From Chromera velia (lineage: Eukaryota), in the NCBI GenBank assembly GCA_018398765.1, contig JAHBMJ010000453.1, forward strand, positions 1 through 47,360: a DNA stretch of 47,360 nt, written 5' to 3'. Of this stretch, positions 35,172 to 47,360 are shown in pieces. A program made the position numbers and the translations under genes. Each line of letters opens with the position of its first letter. The stretch's first letter is position 1. Under the pieces are notes generated by a model. That model had not been told where the DNA came from. It did no database searches and saw only the letters and a list, made by a program, of their open reading frames with translations.

Positions 35172-35328
35172 TTGTGAGTGTGTGTGCGCGCGCGCGCCTG
35201 TCTGTCTGTCTCCTGCGCATGTGACTCAGCAGGCACGCAAGTGAGTGACTGAGTAAGTCAGTGAGCAAGAAACTATGTTTTGCACGGCATCAGAAAGAAA
35301 GAAAGAGAGACAGGAGAGACATACACAT

Positions 35329-35381
<53 letters not shown>

Positions 35382-35992
35382 CACACACACAAACACACAC
35401 GCACACACTCACAGAGGGGGAGAGGGACAGAGAGCGAGAGACTCTGAGCAACAGTTTCAGAGGGCCCCGAGAGATAGACATACATACATGCATACATACA
35501 GACAGACAGAGAAACTAGACGCGCGACGGAGCGAGTTAGGGCGAGTACAGAGGAAAGTTGGGGGGGCGAAAGAAGGAAGGCTGGAAAGGAAGAAAGACAG
35601 AGAGAAAGATGGATAGATAGAGAGACAGAAAAAAAGAAAGGAAGGAAGGAAGGACAGAAAGAAAAAAAAAAGGAAGGAAGGAAGGAAAGAAGGAAGGCAG
35701 GAAGGAAGGAAAGAAGGAAGGAAGGAAGGAAGGAAGGAAGGAAGAAAAACAAAAGAGGAAGAAGGAAAAACAGACAGACAGACAGACAGACAGGCAGGCA
35801 GGCCGGCAGACACGCAAGCGGGCAGGTAGGAAGGTAAGCAGGCAGGCAGGCAGGTAAAGAAAGAAAGAAAGAAAGAAAGAAAGAAGGAAAGAAGGAAAGA
35901 AGGAAAGAAGGAAGGAAGGAAGGAAGAAGGAACGAAGGAAGGAAGAAAGGAGGGAAGGAAGGAAAGAAGGAAGGAAGGAAGGAAGGAAGGAA

Positions 35993-36036
<44 letters not shown>

Positions 36037-36041
36037 GAGAC

Positions 36042-36090
<49 letters not shown>

Positions 36091-36093
36091 CAG

Positions 36094-36141
<48 letters not shown>

Positions 36142-36180
36142 GCAGAGAGACAGAGAGACAGAGACAGAAAGAGAGAGGGG
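35135..36180. repeat. Compound microsatellite field: (GC)n, (GT)n, (CA)n, (GGAA)n, (GACA)n, (GGCA)n, (GA)n
   Basis: Seen directly. Confidence 0.95.
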
Positions 36181-37187
36181 AAGAGTGCGGGAGTAAGAGG
36201 GATCGTGGGAGGCATTAACTTTAGTCTACAAGTTCATAGGATTTAACCCTAAATCATCATCATCAGAGTGTTTTATGGTGTTTAATAGTTAATTTTAAAA
36301 CTTTGACGTGATTTTCATTTTATTTTTATAATTTTTGCTTTATATTTCATATGCAAACATATTTTTTGCGTAGAGAATTGTATCTAGTTGTATCGAGCAT
36401 AGAAGTAGGTGCCAGCATGCACTTACATGCACCACTATGCACCACTAGGACTAGCGTGTATCAGCATGTACTATAGGGTATATTTAGGTTTAGGCTTAGG
36501 TATACTAGTGTGTTTAACCATATCTAATTAACCATTGTTTAAATATATATATATATATATATGCATAGTCTTAATTTATCTTTGTTTCTTTACTTTTTTT
36601 TGCGCATTTTTTTCTTTCAACCGACTACAAAGCTGCAAAAAAAAATTGAGTAAGCTAGACTAAGCTGCAGGCTGGAGCAGGCCGGCTGGAGCTGCCTCTT
36701 AGGAAAGGGAAGATGGGATTTTGTAAGAATTTTACTACTAAGAAATGAAGTAGCTGTGCTCGCCCATCGGCCTGCCGGCCGCGCCGGGCGGCCCTCGGGA
36801 TCCCGCGGCCGCCGCCTCCGCTGCGGCGTATGGGGCGGGCCGGATGCATATTTAATATGCAGTATTCTTCAGTAGACAGAACAGAATGTCGACAGAGAGC
36901 TGTCCTTGTCTCTCTTCGTATGAAGCGAGAGGATTGCATGAGGATTGCGGAGTCTTGTCTTATACTTCTTCGCTTTTGGGAGAAGTGAGACGAGCCGGTC
37001 AAAGAACGCGAACGATCAAATCTTTTTGAGAAGTAGTTGAAGGGTTTCTGACAGAATGAGCACTCTGCTGTCCTGAGTTTCTCCAAGTAACGAAATCCTG
37101 GGTTCTCGGAAAGCCATCTCCGAGTAAGAATATTTAATTACAGTCCGTTTTTACGGCTTTGCTTGGGCGCGGAGGGTGGGATAAAAC

Positions 37188-40100
37188 ATGGAGTCGAACC
37201 GAGTGAGTGACGACTGCTTCTTTAGTTGTTGTCGCTCTTTCTGAATTGTGTGGCGGCTATCTCCTTGTCTTTTTTCTTAATTGCCTGGCTTCCTGCAGGA
37301 ACTCACGCGGGAGGAGCTGTGCGAGCGTGTCGCTGAGGTGAGTCAATGATGAACAAGAAGGCACACAAAGTGCTCAAGTACTTTCCTTTTGTTGTCTGCT
37401 CGCCCAGCCACCCACTTTTGCGTCACTTTTTTTATCGAATGCAGTTGGAGCACGCACTTGCTCGTCTCAGAGGTCTCCAGACTGGAGATGCAGAAGAGAG
37501 ACGTTGGTGGTCCCTGCCACAGGCCAGCAAGAGCCAAACGCCCTGCAGCAGGGACTCTGGGGGGGGGACAGAGGGTCAAGTTTGCTCCACTCAACTCGCC
37601 CCCCTTCCGATCCGTGCGAGTTTTCCCGATGTCAGAAGACGAAAGCACCCCTCCTCCAGCCTTCCCTCACGGGATGCCGGGGCCCTTTCGGTGGACCCCA
37701 GTGCCCCCCCCACGCGGTTTCTCTGCACACCGGAGATGACACCGCACCCCCCCCCAAATCACGATGCCGCAGGTGCATCAGGAAAGGAGGTTGCCGGGTG
37801 GGATGACCCTCATTCCGTTTGGCATTGTGTGGGAGAAACCAGACAGATCGTGGACGTCTTCTCACCCGATACCTCTCCGGTAAGCGCAGCTCCCTGTGAC
37901 CAGACCCGCACACACACACCGCATATGGAGAGCCGAGAAACAGCTGAGGGTCAGGAAGTGCTCGCGAGTGGGGGGGACCCGGCGTGTTTCCAGCCCCCTG
38001 CGCCGGCATACGTAGAGAGGGGGTCTCGGGTTGGGGGTGGTGGGTTTTTGTACGAGCCTCACACCCCGAGTGCCAACACTCTACAGGAGATGTGGGAGGA
38101 TGATGACTTTCCTCGCATCCCTCTGTCAAGATATGAGACCACTTTGAAAAAGTTGTGGGCAGAGAATAGAGCCATGGCGAGAGGGCCACCGGCAAGAACC
38201 GTGCTGTTGTACGCAATCCCACAAAGAAACAGAATGGGGGGAAAGAATAAACAGTGGGCAGCATGCAAACTAGTCGCAGCTGTTGTCACTTCAGCGGGGG
38301 GGGCACAGAAGGAAAGGGGGGGTACTGATGGCAGTTCTGCAAAGTGGGAGTGGCATGAGTTTCCGATGGAGGCGTTGATGTCCGACCCTCTGGACGGGGA
38401 CCGAATTTTCCGTGTCGAAATGGACTTTCCGGGGCCATCAGACGAGATGGAACCCCGGGGGGGGTCAGGGGCTCACACGGTAGCCTTCTATGTTGAAGAG
38501 TCAGGGGTGACGTCACCGCGTGCTGGGAGAGACCACCCTTGCGCTCACTGGGGTGATGAAGAAATGCGGAGGGGGGAGGGGGGGAACTACTACAGAATTC
38601 CCAAAGAATGGCAGGGCCGGGTTGTCTCCTTGAGAGACGGCGAATTGGCGGACTGTGACCGCATTTTTCAGGCAGGTATCCGCATTCGATTTGAGGGGGG
38701 TGATTTTGAAGAGATGATAGGCGACGGGGGTGACGCCTGTTTCTCTTCTTCCTTCACCCCGGATGTTGGGTTTGGACTGTGTGGGGGGGGGTCTGAGTCG
38801 TTCGGTTGTTCTGACGATTGGTTCTCGTCCTCCATTGTCCTGCGCTGGTTGGACGAGAACGACGGCACCTGGAGGGATAGGCCGTTCGTCCGTGTGCCTG
38901 CGGGGGGGGGAGGTTGGGTGTTCGAGGTGACGCTGTTGGAAGTGAAGAGCGCGTCCTTCGTTGTGCAGCAGAAGGGACCTCAAGGAGAAAAGTGAGTCGG
39001 TGGGTTGAGTGAATTGGCAGCGGTAACTGGACTTTCACTCTGCTTGTGTGCATGTCTCTCTCTGTGTGCATGTGTGTGTGAGAGTGTGAGTTTGTCTTGG
39101 CGATCTCATGTGACAATTCAGTGGAAAAGAGAGAAGTGTGATGCGCGTGGAAGCAGGTGGCTGAACAAGCAAGCTGGTTTCAGAGGATCTGACAGCGTTT
39201 ACCTAAGTGCCTGTCTGTCGGCCGATCATGCAGTGGTGTGTTTGGTGCGTGGACGTTCCTTGCGTTTGTGCGTGTGGAACTGTGTTTGCAAAAGAGTGTG
39301 TCTCCCTTCTGTCCTGTTGGCTTTCGTTCGTCCATGTTGGCTTGATCAAGTTTCTTTGCAGGGCTCTGACTCTGTCTTTCTCTGCGTGTGCGTCAAGCTG
39401 GCTTCCGTGTTTGTGCTTAATTGAATTGCAGATGGGTGAAGGCTGCTGACGGCTCCAACTTCCGCATCAAGTGGCCGGGGGCATACGCGCTGTACGCAAA
39501 TGGACAGCTGTTTGAGTGTGCAGAGCCGGCGGTGGTCGGCGCTCCGTCGACGCTTTGTTCCCGCTTTGGTCCCTTAAGTACGGGTAGGGGTAGGGCAACG
39601 GGGGTGAAAGGGACGCCTGTTTACATGGAGGGTGTACATCGGGCAGTTGTGCCCGGCAATTTTGACTTCGAGAAAGCGTCCGCCGGGCGGGTTGTGGAGA
39701 GAATGACCAAGGGAGACGGCGCAGGCCCCAATGCACTCGCGTGGGGGGTGAGCGGATCTGCAAGCATGAGCACACAGGTGAGCATCCAGGGGGCGGGGGG
39801 GAATGGAGCTGATGCAGGAGGGAACGGCAAGAGCAGCAGCAGCAGCCTGACGCTTGTTGGAACCACCACCACAGCAGACGAGGCCCCCCCCTGCTGTCCG
39901 CCATCCCCGCGTGGGTCTCTCCAGACGCGTCGGGGCACTTCGACTGCGGTCCAATGCTTTGATATTGGTCAGTGTGTGTGTGTGTGTGTCCCCTGGTGAC
40001 AAGTGCCGAAAGGACGGAAGTGTGGCTTGTATGGTAGAAGAAGAACTTCCGTCACTGCTAACTGCCCCACAGGCACGGTCACCTTCTGTTAAATAATATT

Positions 40101-40210
40101 TCTCACCATTTGTTTCTCTCGATCCTGCGGAAGGGCAGCAAAACGTGTCGGCTCTGTGGTTGATATACTATGTATTGTCTGATGTCTTGAAGGATGAGTG
40201 GGATTGTTGA

Positions 40211-40255
<45 letters not shown>

Positions 40256-40472
40256 GATGTGGGTGCGTATCTGTGTGAGTTCAGGGAGAGATCCCGAGAC
40301 GCCGATTCTTTCTTCTTCGTTCCTGGCCACCATGGAGGGCGACGGGGACAGGGGGGCTGGGGGTATTGCCCGTGTGGAGGAAGGGGCGTGTGTGGGTGAG
40401 TGCCTTGACAAGCAGGCTATGCTGAAGGATGACACGCAGCAGGTGCCTCCTCCTCTCTGCCTCAAGGAATAA
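37188..40472 (+). CDS. Five-exon protein with two putative CBM25/CBM53-like (starch-binding-type) beta-domains
   Basis: Exons 37188-37202, 37299-37337, 37445-38991, 39432-39967 and ~40285-40472 join in phase (MESNRELTREELCERVAELEHALARL...). Two Trp-rich segments are present: ...WEWHEFPME...IFRVEMDF...VAFYVE...GNYYRIP and ...LRWLDENDGTWRDRPF...GWVFEVT...ASFVVQ...WVKAADGSNFRIKWPGAYAL. The domain call is by pattern only. Confidence 0.7.
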
Positions 40473-43000
40473 GGGGGGACGAAGGAGGAGAGGAGGGACA
40501 AAGAAGAGTCAGATGGAGACTAGAAAAGGTAGACCAAAGAAGAAGATCCATGGTTTTGAGGGTTGATTGAGTCGGTGTACAGAAGCACACGTGTGCCTCC
40601 CTCCCTGTTTCTTTAATTGTTCCCTTTGGAATAAAAGAAGGGAGAATGGATGAAGGAGGGGCCTGAAATAATCGCTGCTCTCGGAGCGGCTGACTGCATG
40701 AGCAAGAGAGCGAATGTGCAAGTCACCAAGCGGCAAGAGGAATTTGAAGGCAGGTGCATGCAGAATTTTTGTGCCTAGCTTGTTTTGTTCGTAAAGCGTT
40801 GCTTCGGTCGGTCAGTGAGTGAGTGAGTGAAATGGGGGGGCAGTTTGCTTACAGGTCTATTCGTCAACCGCACGGGACGGGTAGGAGGCAACGAACGGAA
40901 TGAGAGAGACTCTTCGATTCATTCGATCAGGGCAGAAGGGAGATTTGATCTTTCAAGAAGGACCTGAAGGGAGAAGGGTATCCATCCATCGGTGAATATC
41001 CGTCCGGCCCTCCCTGATGAAATTCTGCCTGTCTGTGTGTCTGTCTGTGTCCTGCTCTCCTCTCGATCCCCAGGATTTCTATCTAGCTCATCTGACCTGC
41101 TTGCGTGTGAGGGTGCGCACAAGATTGGTTGCGGAGAATAGAGAAAGAACCAACTTACGCAGTAAGAAGAAGGTGCGAAAGACAGCTGTTGTAAGTTTTG
41201 AAACGAAACACACGTACGGAATGTCACTGCTCGATTTGGTTTCATCTGAAGGCCCCGCATACCTTTCAAACAGAAGAAGGGTGGTGATTCTCAGCTATGC
41301 CCCTCATTCCACATTTTTTCGGCTTTGCTCGAGAGAAGCTGGACGTCACTTCTACGTGTGTTGCTGTCACTTAATTTCGTTTGCATGGTTGTGCAATTTA
41401 CAGTGCAACCCCCCACACGGCTGCCTTACTGAACAATGCAAACTCGCTTTAGACAGAACTTAGCACATGCCTGCTTATTCCTCCACTCCGCGTCTTCTTT
41501 CCAATCTGCATAAGTCTTAAAAATTTTGGTTTTCGCTGTGACAATGTCACAATGTTGCATTTCGCCTGTGAATCACTGATGTCCAGTGACCAGAGAGAAA
41601 GACACGAACAAACCACGTTGTGACAATAATGTAGCGGGACCAGATGCGGAGAGCCCTGATCGAGTGGAGCGTAAAGTAGAGTTTTGAAAGCATCGATCAG
41701 TGTGTGCGCCGCATGCATGTGTCTTCATCGAATCCATGACTCCCAGACCATGATGAGGTCCCGCCCTTGGTCCCGCCTATTCTGCCAGTGCCTCCGGGCC
41801 GCCTAGTCTGGCTAGGGTATTACGCACTTAGATGCAAATCCGACGTACCGGATTCTATATAGACCGGATAATTTCATTCCTTTTAATTTCAAGTCTAGTT
41901 TGAATAAAATCAACTAGCAAATTAAAGAAAGAATGTTGTAGGAAAGGATATAGGATTGATATTCTATTATACATACCAGTGATAGTTTTACTTAAACTTA
42001 CAAATTTAAATATATTCATTTATTCATTCATATCAAAGTGACGGGCTAGGTGACAGGTTTGGTGATGATGGTAATGTAACTAATGTTTGATGAACTTCGA
42101 TCTAGACTTAATTCAGATTGAGAGGCTCGGAACTTGAAACTAACCGAAAGACAAACTCTACACTGATAAATTATATAATAGGAACACTGGGGGTTAATGT
42201 TGATCAAGACTCTAGTTGAGACCAGGATAGTAGAATCGACTCGACTCTAATCGAGAAAGGTCGTCGCTTAGATTGAAATACATCCGAGTCGTACACGAAG
42301 CAAAAAGTTAATTTTTAAAAAACTTTTGATGCTAGACTTGATATGTATACAAAACTTTGAACCAGCACCGTACGTGGCATGATTCTGTTTGAAAAAAAAA
42401 AATGAGAAGTTCGATGAAGTCTAATTCACGTATAGATCACGTCGAGTCGCAACTGTTTTGTCGCAATAGCCGGAGGCACTGCCCACTAAGCCCAGCCCGT
42501 GCGCAGCTGCCCCAGCGTCACAGCTTGTCACAGCCAACAGATTTCGTTTGAATCTGTTCAATATCGCATTCGAATAAACCAAAGAATGAGCATGACGTTC
42601 ATTGCCGTTCAACTTTGCATTTAACATGCTCTGACAGAGTCACACTCTTTGTTTCAGGCACTCACCCATTCATCATCTTCAATTGCAATCCTTGAACGTA
42701 CGTCCATTGGATAAATACACAAAACATGCATGCAGAATCCAGGAACAAGCACCCTCGCCTTGTCAACTCTCCCGACACATCATGAATCATGCACACTCCC
42801 CTCATTCAGCCTCTCACTTCGGTGTCATCGTTCATCCCCCCCCCAGCAACAGCGTCCTCCCGTGACCACTCGAACCCACACCCATGCACTAAAGGGGAAA
42901 GAAACAGTCTGACACGCACTTGACCCCCCTCGATCCCACCCCTCACCCTCCCTTTCGCGTGCTCTCTCTTCTCTCTTCAATTCAAGAACCGATCATTCAT

Positions 43001-45175
43001 TCAGTCAAATGCTGAGGCAAGGGCAGCGACCCACAGGGACACTGCATACGCCCCCGGATCGGCGGTCCCTCTGACCTGATCAAAGGGAATGTACGCACTC
43101 CTACCTGCAGCAGGGCGCAGTTCTTTCGTCGACTCACACCCCTTCGCTGCCGCCTCTGCAGCTGCCATCAGGGCGTCCCTTCCCCCCGCCCCTCCCTTCA
43201 CTGCTTCTTCAAGGGCAGCTGCGGACGGGATCAGAGCATCCATCATCGTCCTGCTGCCTTTCGAGGCAAGGCACACCGCCTCCAGGCCGGAGACGGCAGC
43301 CTTCACAGCAGAGGCCACAGCCTTCGCGTCTCCACCTGCAGCTGCAGCAGCTGCAAGCCGCTCCCCGATCTTCTCGAGGAAGATGCCATACAAAACCCCA
43401 GACGATCCCTCACAACCCTCATTGAACCTCCTACCCACTTCCGACCAGAAGGCCGTATCAAGACCTCCTGAACGGAGGGGAAGGGACCCCTCTTCCAAAC
43501 CTGCAAGAACCGTCTCTGCCCCCCTCTTCAACCCAATTCCGCAGTCGCCGTCCCCACACACAGCGTCCATTGCGGAGATCTCAGATTCCTTTGCGATCAA
43601 CACACCGCATGCAGCTCTGAGAAGCCTTTCAGCTCTCTTCACCCCCTCACTCTGCTTCTCTTCAGCAGTCAAAGGGGGCTCTGAAAACGGTTTGAGAACC
43701 TCTTGGACATCGGGGGGAATAGACACGAGTCCCTCCCCGGACGCCCTACGGCCTGTTCCAGGCCAGGCTGCTGCTGCAGAGGGAGCATCGAGGCTTTCTA
43801 CCCACGCGTCGCCTGTTGCTCCGTCCTCCAGGAGGAGGAGGGACAAGGAAAAGCCAGGCATGTTCAAGGAGGTCATCAGACTGCCGGTCACTGTACGAGT
43901 GACCAGAAGGCCGTACTTCTTCTCAAGCTGTTCTGCCGCCTCTCCGGCAATCAGAGTCATTTCAAGATTCGAGGTACCCCCTAGGTTGTTTGTCAGCAGC
44001 ACACACCGCTGCCCCTTTTTCCTTTGACTCAAATACCGAAACCCTTCGTTGTCGTTGAACAGGCCTTCACGGAGCATGACGTCAACCAACCGGGACATGT
44101 CAAGGCAATGGTCCCCCGAGGAACCGGCCGTACATCGCAGCTGGCTTCGGGGGATGCGGCGAGCCCCCGACTCACCGTGAATACCCATACCCAGCTCAAT
44201 CACTTCGGCTTCAAGCCGCTTCGCAAAAGCGGGCCCCGCTTCATTCCCAGGCACAAGCACGGGGGCAAAACTGACCCCGATAGTGCCGATCTGTGCCGCA
44301 ATTTTCTGTGCCTCTTTCTCAATGGTGTCGAGGTCAGCGCCCCCCTCGGCGAGACTGCCCAAAATTTTGTGCAGAAACAGAGTGCCAGCAAGGCCGCGTC
44401 TCTGAAGGATCCCACTGGACCCTTTCGGGCAGGGAAGGGCAACGTCGTCTGCAACTGTGACGACTTTGCAGGGGATGCCCCTTGCCTGCGCCTTCGCAGC
44501 TGCGAAATTGAAGTTGAATCTGTCCCCAGTGTAGCTCTTGACAATCAGCAGACAGCCGGCAGGACCGGACACAGTCAGGATGGCCGTCAGGATCGCGGAC
44601 ACAGAGGGGGAGGCAAAGCAGTTGCCTGAAAACGGGGGAAGGGTGGGCAAGGGCTCAGCGGTGCGATGACGGTGAAGCGGGAACGAGACGAACCTAGATC
44701 AGTTGGAGAAGCGAGATTGGAAAAGCCGGGAAGGAAACCAGACATGAAGACATGAAGGAAATGTTGAAGGCACCGCAGATTCTTGTGTCAGCGTGACGAC
44801 GTGGAAAACCAGAATGACTTAATCAACGGAAGCTTCCAACATCAACAGAGACGGGGCCCGTGACCGGGAGAGTCAAGAGAAGGACAGGCGCGGACCCATG
44901 CACGTACCTGCGACTGCGGCCGTGAGCATTCCCTTTCCAACGTAGCCAGCATGAGCGGGTTCGTGTCCACTGCCCCCCCCTGAGATGAGAGCCACCTTGC
45001 CTTTCTTGTACTCCTCGAAGTCTGCCCGCATTGCGACCTTGACGTCTTTCATAACGACGACGTCATTGGTGACATCAGGGAGACGGGAGATCATCTCAAG
45101 GGCAGACTGGGAGGGGTCGTCTGGGACCACCATGCAAGTCTGCATACCGTCAGTGTTCTTGGAATCTTGAGACAT
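43001..45175 (-). CDS. DAK: Dihydroxyacetone kinase / triokinase (fused DhaK-DhaL, ~630 aa, 2 exons)
   Basis: Hallmark motifs [89 protein letters not shown] and DPGA. Exons 45175-44908 and 44625-43001 are joined by a phase-1 GT-AG intron. Confidence 0.97.
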
Positions 45176-45561
45176 TGTGTGAGACAGGTGTGCGCAAAGG
45201 GAAAAGCTGGGCCTTCACCTAGTGCTTGTGTGGTGACGTCAACTGCTGAGGAGACGGCTAACGAAACTCGCGAAAGAACCGGTCAGAACGTCAGCAAGCG
45301 CTCACACCGCTCAGAATCGGGTTTCAATTGTGAGCTGCAGATTGAGACGGGAACATATTGTGAGATGGCGGTTGAGACTGCACCCCACCCACACTCTTTT
45401 GTCAGAAGTTTGAAGCTAGGAAGTGCCCACAACCTCAATACGATCGATAGAGACCATTTGTGACGCCATTGGACCCCGGCCAGACGAGTTTGCGGGATGG
45501 ACCCAGCTATAGCTCGGCCGCCGCTTTCTAAACGCATGCATATCTAACGCACTCCGTGCGA

Positions 45562-45751
45562 ATGGCCCGGAAAGCGAAATCTTACCCACAGCTTAAATTC
45601 GTTAAGTGCCCCCTCAGCTGAATTGTCTTTCCGGGGCCTCCCCTAGCCTCCCCTGGCGTGCGTCAGATCTTAATTCCTGTCAACGTCGGCCGGTAGCCTG
45701 GGAGGGTGCAATTTTTGTTAAGTGCCCTCTCAGCTTCGCTTTCCGGGCCAT
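45562..45751. mobile_element. MITE-like 190-bp element with 17-bp perfect terminal inverted repeats
   Basis: ATGGCCCGGAAAGCGAA (45562-45578) is the exact reverse complement of TTCGCTTTCCGGGCCAT (45735-45751). An internal direct repeat GTTAAGTGCCC-CTCAGCT occurs at 45601 and 45717. No clear TSD beyond AT. Confidence 0.5.
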
Positions 45752-46134
45752 GCCATGCAGGGCCCCCGGTGCGGATTAATTCTTTCAGCAGCAAAAGATT
45801 GCACGCATGCAGACAGACTGGGTGAAAAAAAAGGTGACCTTGGAGCTACTGAACAAATTTCCGAATTAAGACACCCTCTTCCTTGACAGTCTTGTCGACG
45901 TGCCAGACTCTTAACAAACAGGCCTTTCTCTTCAGCATGCGTCGGAGTGTGATGTACGTACGACTTTTGTCGAGAAGGCTTTCGAAGAAAGGATCTGAAA
46001 GACGTGGGGAGTCCTCCAGTACCCGCTTTGTGTAGAGAAGACTGGAGATTCAGAAAGATAATTTCACTCTCCCGGAGACACCCAGCCTCCAAAGAGACAG
46101 GCTGTAGGCGCTTGCAACTCCTCAGACCGAACAG

Positions 46135-47345
46135 ATGAGAAGCGCCGTTCCACCCGGGTCTATGACCCTCGATGATGACTGTCTCCTCACAGACCCTCCC
46201 CTCGAAGACGACGGCCCAGAAGCGGCCCCCGGCATTCCAACAGAGCATGCGCCAACGCGAAGGGGTCGTTCTTTCCAACCGCGTGCCCACCGACACATCC
46301 AGCCGGGGTCTTCGATCTTCAAGATTTGGCTGCGGTCTCAAGGCCTTCCCCCCCCTCCTCGACGGCCCCGGAAGGAGGGCGGAGGAGCATCCAAGAGTCA
46401 CGCCCACCCAGGCCCAGGAGGCCAGACAAAGGGATCGGAAGGAATGATGCCATTGGGCGAGGAAACAGGATTTGACACTGGCCACGAGCCTTCTTCTTCA
46501 CTTGGGGGGTCAGACGTCCCGATCGCTTTTCCTCACATGACGCACAAAAACGAGGGGCGACAGATGCAACTCGGTACCGGTGGCGGCAGCAGCAGCGGCG
46601 GCAGTGTTTGCCATCCGGCCCCCCCCCCCCCGCCCATGCCCCCCGTCCCCCCTCCACGGAACATCAAGCATGACGATCCCTTCCTACCCCCGACCCCGGG
46701 CCACCCCTCATTTTCGTCTGGCAGCAGATCCTCAGCAGGCACTCGCCGTCATCCTCTCCCTCTCGGAGCAAACAGGGAAGCCCCGCATCAACCTTCAACT
46801 CTTCTTTCTTCTTCTGCCCCTTCCGCCTCATGCGCATACCGCCCACCTGATCCAACCTCCACAATACCAGCGCCTTCCCCTCGCCGGGCAGTTCCAAAAC
46901 CGCCGCCCGGACCCCCGCCCCCCACCGCCGCATCCAGGGCGCCGTCAGGTCCTCCTCCGGGCGTCCCCCCCTTTTTCCATCACGGGAGAGCTACCAGCCC
47001 GAATGACCCGCACCCCTTCAGCATGGAAGCGTTCCACACTCTCCCCCCACCCCCTCAGCTCCCCCCCCCCGGCCCTCCAGATTTGCAATGGACACCCACT
47101 GCTGAAGGTCCAGGCATGCCCCCGTTCCCTGCTCTTCCGCTTCCTCCGCCCTTCTCATGCATGGGGGGGCCTTTCGGGGCACCCCCCCTTCCCCTTCCCC
47201 CCGTCCCTCTTCCTCCTCCTCTGCACTCAAACTACGCAGTGCCCACCTCTCCCACGGGCGGGAGGGCGGCCGAAGGGGCACCCGGGGGGGCGTCGCCTTC
47301 TCCCCAGCTTGGGCTTCCAGAGTGGTACCACACGAACGTGTACAG
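46135..47345 (+). CDS. 5' exon of a proline-rich hypothetical protein, continuing beyond the window
   Basis: A 400-codon open frame divergent from DAK ends at AG|gtgag (47346), a donor site. The true start may be the ATG at 46162. Confidence 0.65.
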
Positions 47346-47360
47346 GTGAGAGGGGGGGGG

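Noticed and set aside
35273..36215. Hydrophobic SFLP/LSLS ORFs
   Set aside because: Translations of (GGAA)n/(GA)n microsatellites.
36478..36502. Interstitial telomeric repeat (TTTAGG-like)
   Set aside because: Only about three degenerate units; compatible with the TAG-rich spacer background.
40919..41718. Small minus-strand gene
   Set aside because: Some splice-like sites and a nearby GC patch exist, but no consistent coding exon chain could be built.
43089..44629. Plus-strand ORFs of 312 and 201 aa
   Set aside because: Antisense shadows of the GC-rich DAK exon.

Overview
Eukaryotic, intron-rich genomic DNA with GT-AG introns full of (GA)n, (GACA)n and (CA)n microsatellites, short AT-rich spacers and TGCATGCA-rich promoter islands. 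The style suggests an alveolate of the chromerid type (Chromera velia-like); this is an inference. About nine protein genes can be rebuilt by hand. They are a signal-peptide/single-TM protein with PSAP/PPxY motifs, a small multi-exon coiled-coil gene with a duplicated mini-exon, an armadillo-repeat protein, a ~15-kb coiled-coil gene, a small mitochondrial-type membrane protein, an intronless hypothetical, a putative double CBM (starch-binding-like) protein, a dihydroxyacetone kinase and the start of a Pro-rich gene. The most notable feature is a young 3.56-kb non-autonomous LTR retroelement at 26571-30133. It has 578-bp ~99% identical LTRs, a 4-bp TSD, a tRNA-type PBS, a duplicated PPT and decayed gag/integrase, and each LTR carries a tRNA-like Pol III A/B-box cassette, analogous to the 5S cassette of plant Cassandra elements. 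Also present are a truncated LINE pair, a MITE-like element, a 31-bp minisatellite and CTAG-rich spacers. Exon boundaries and counts were derived by eye and need confirmation.
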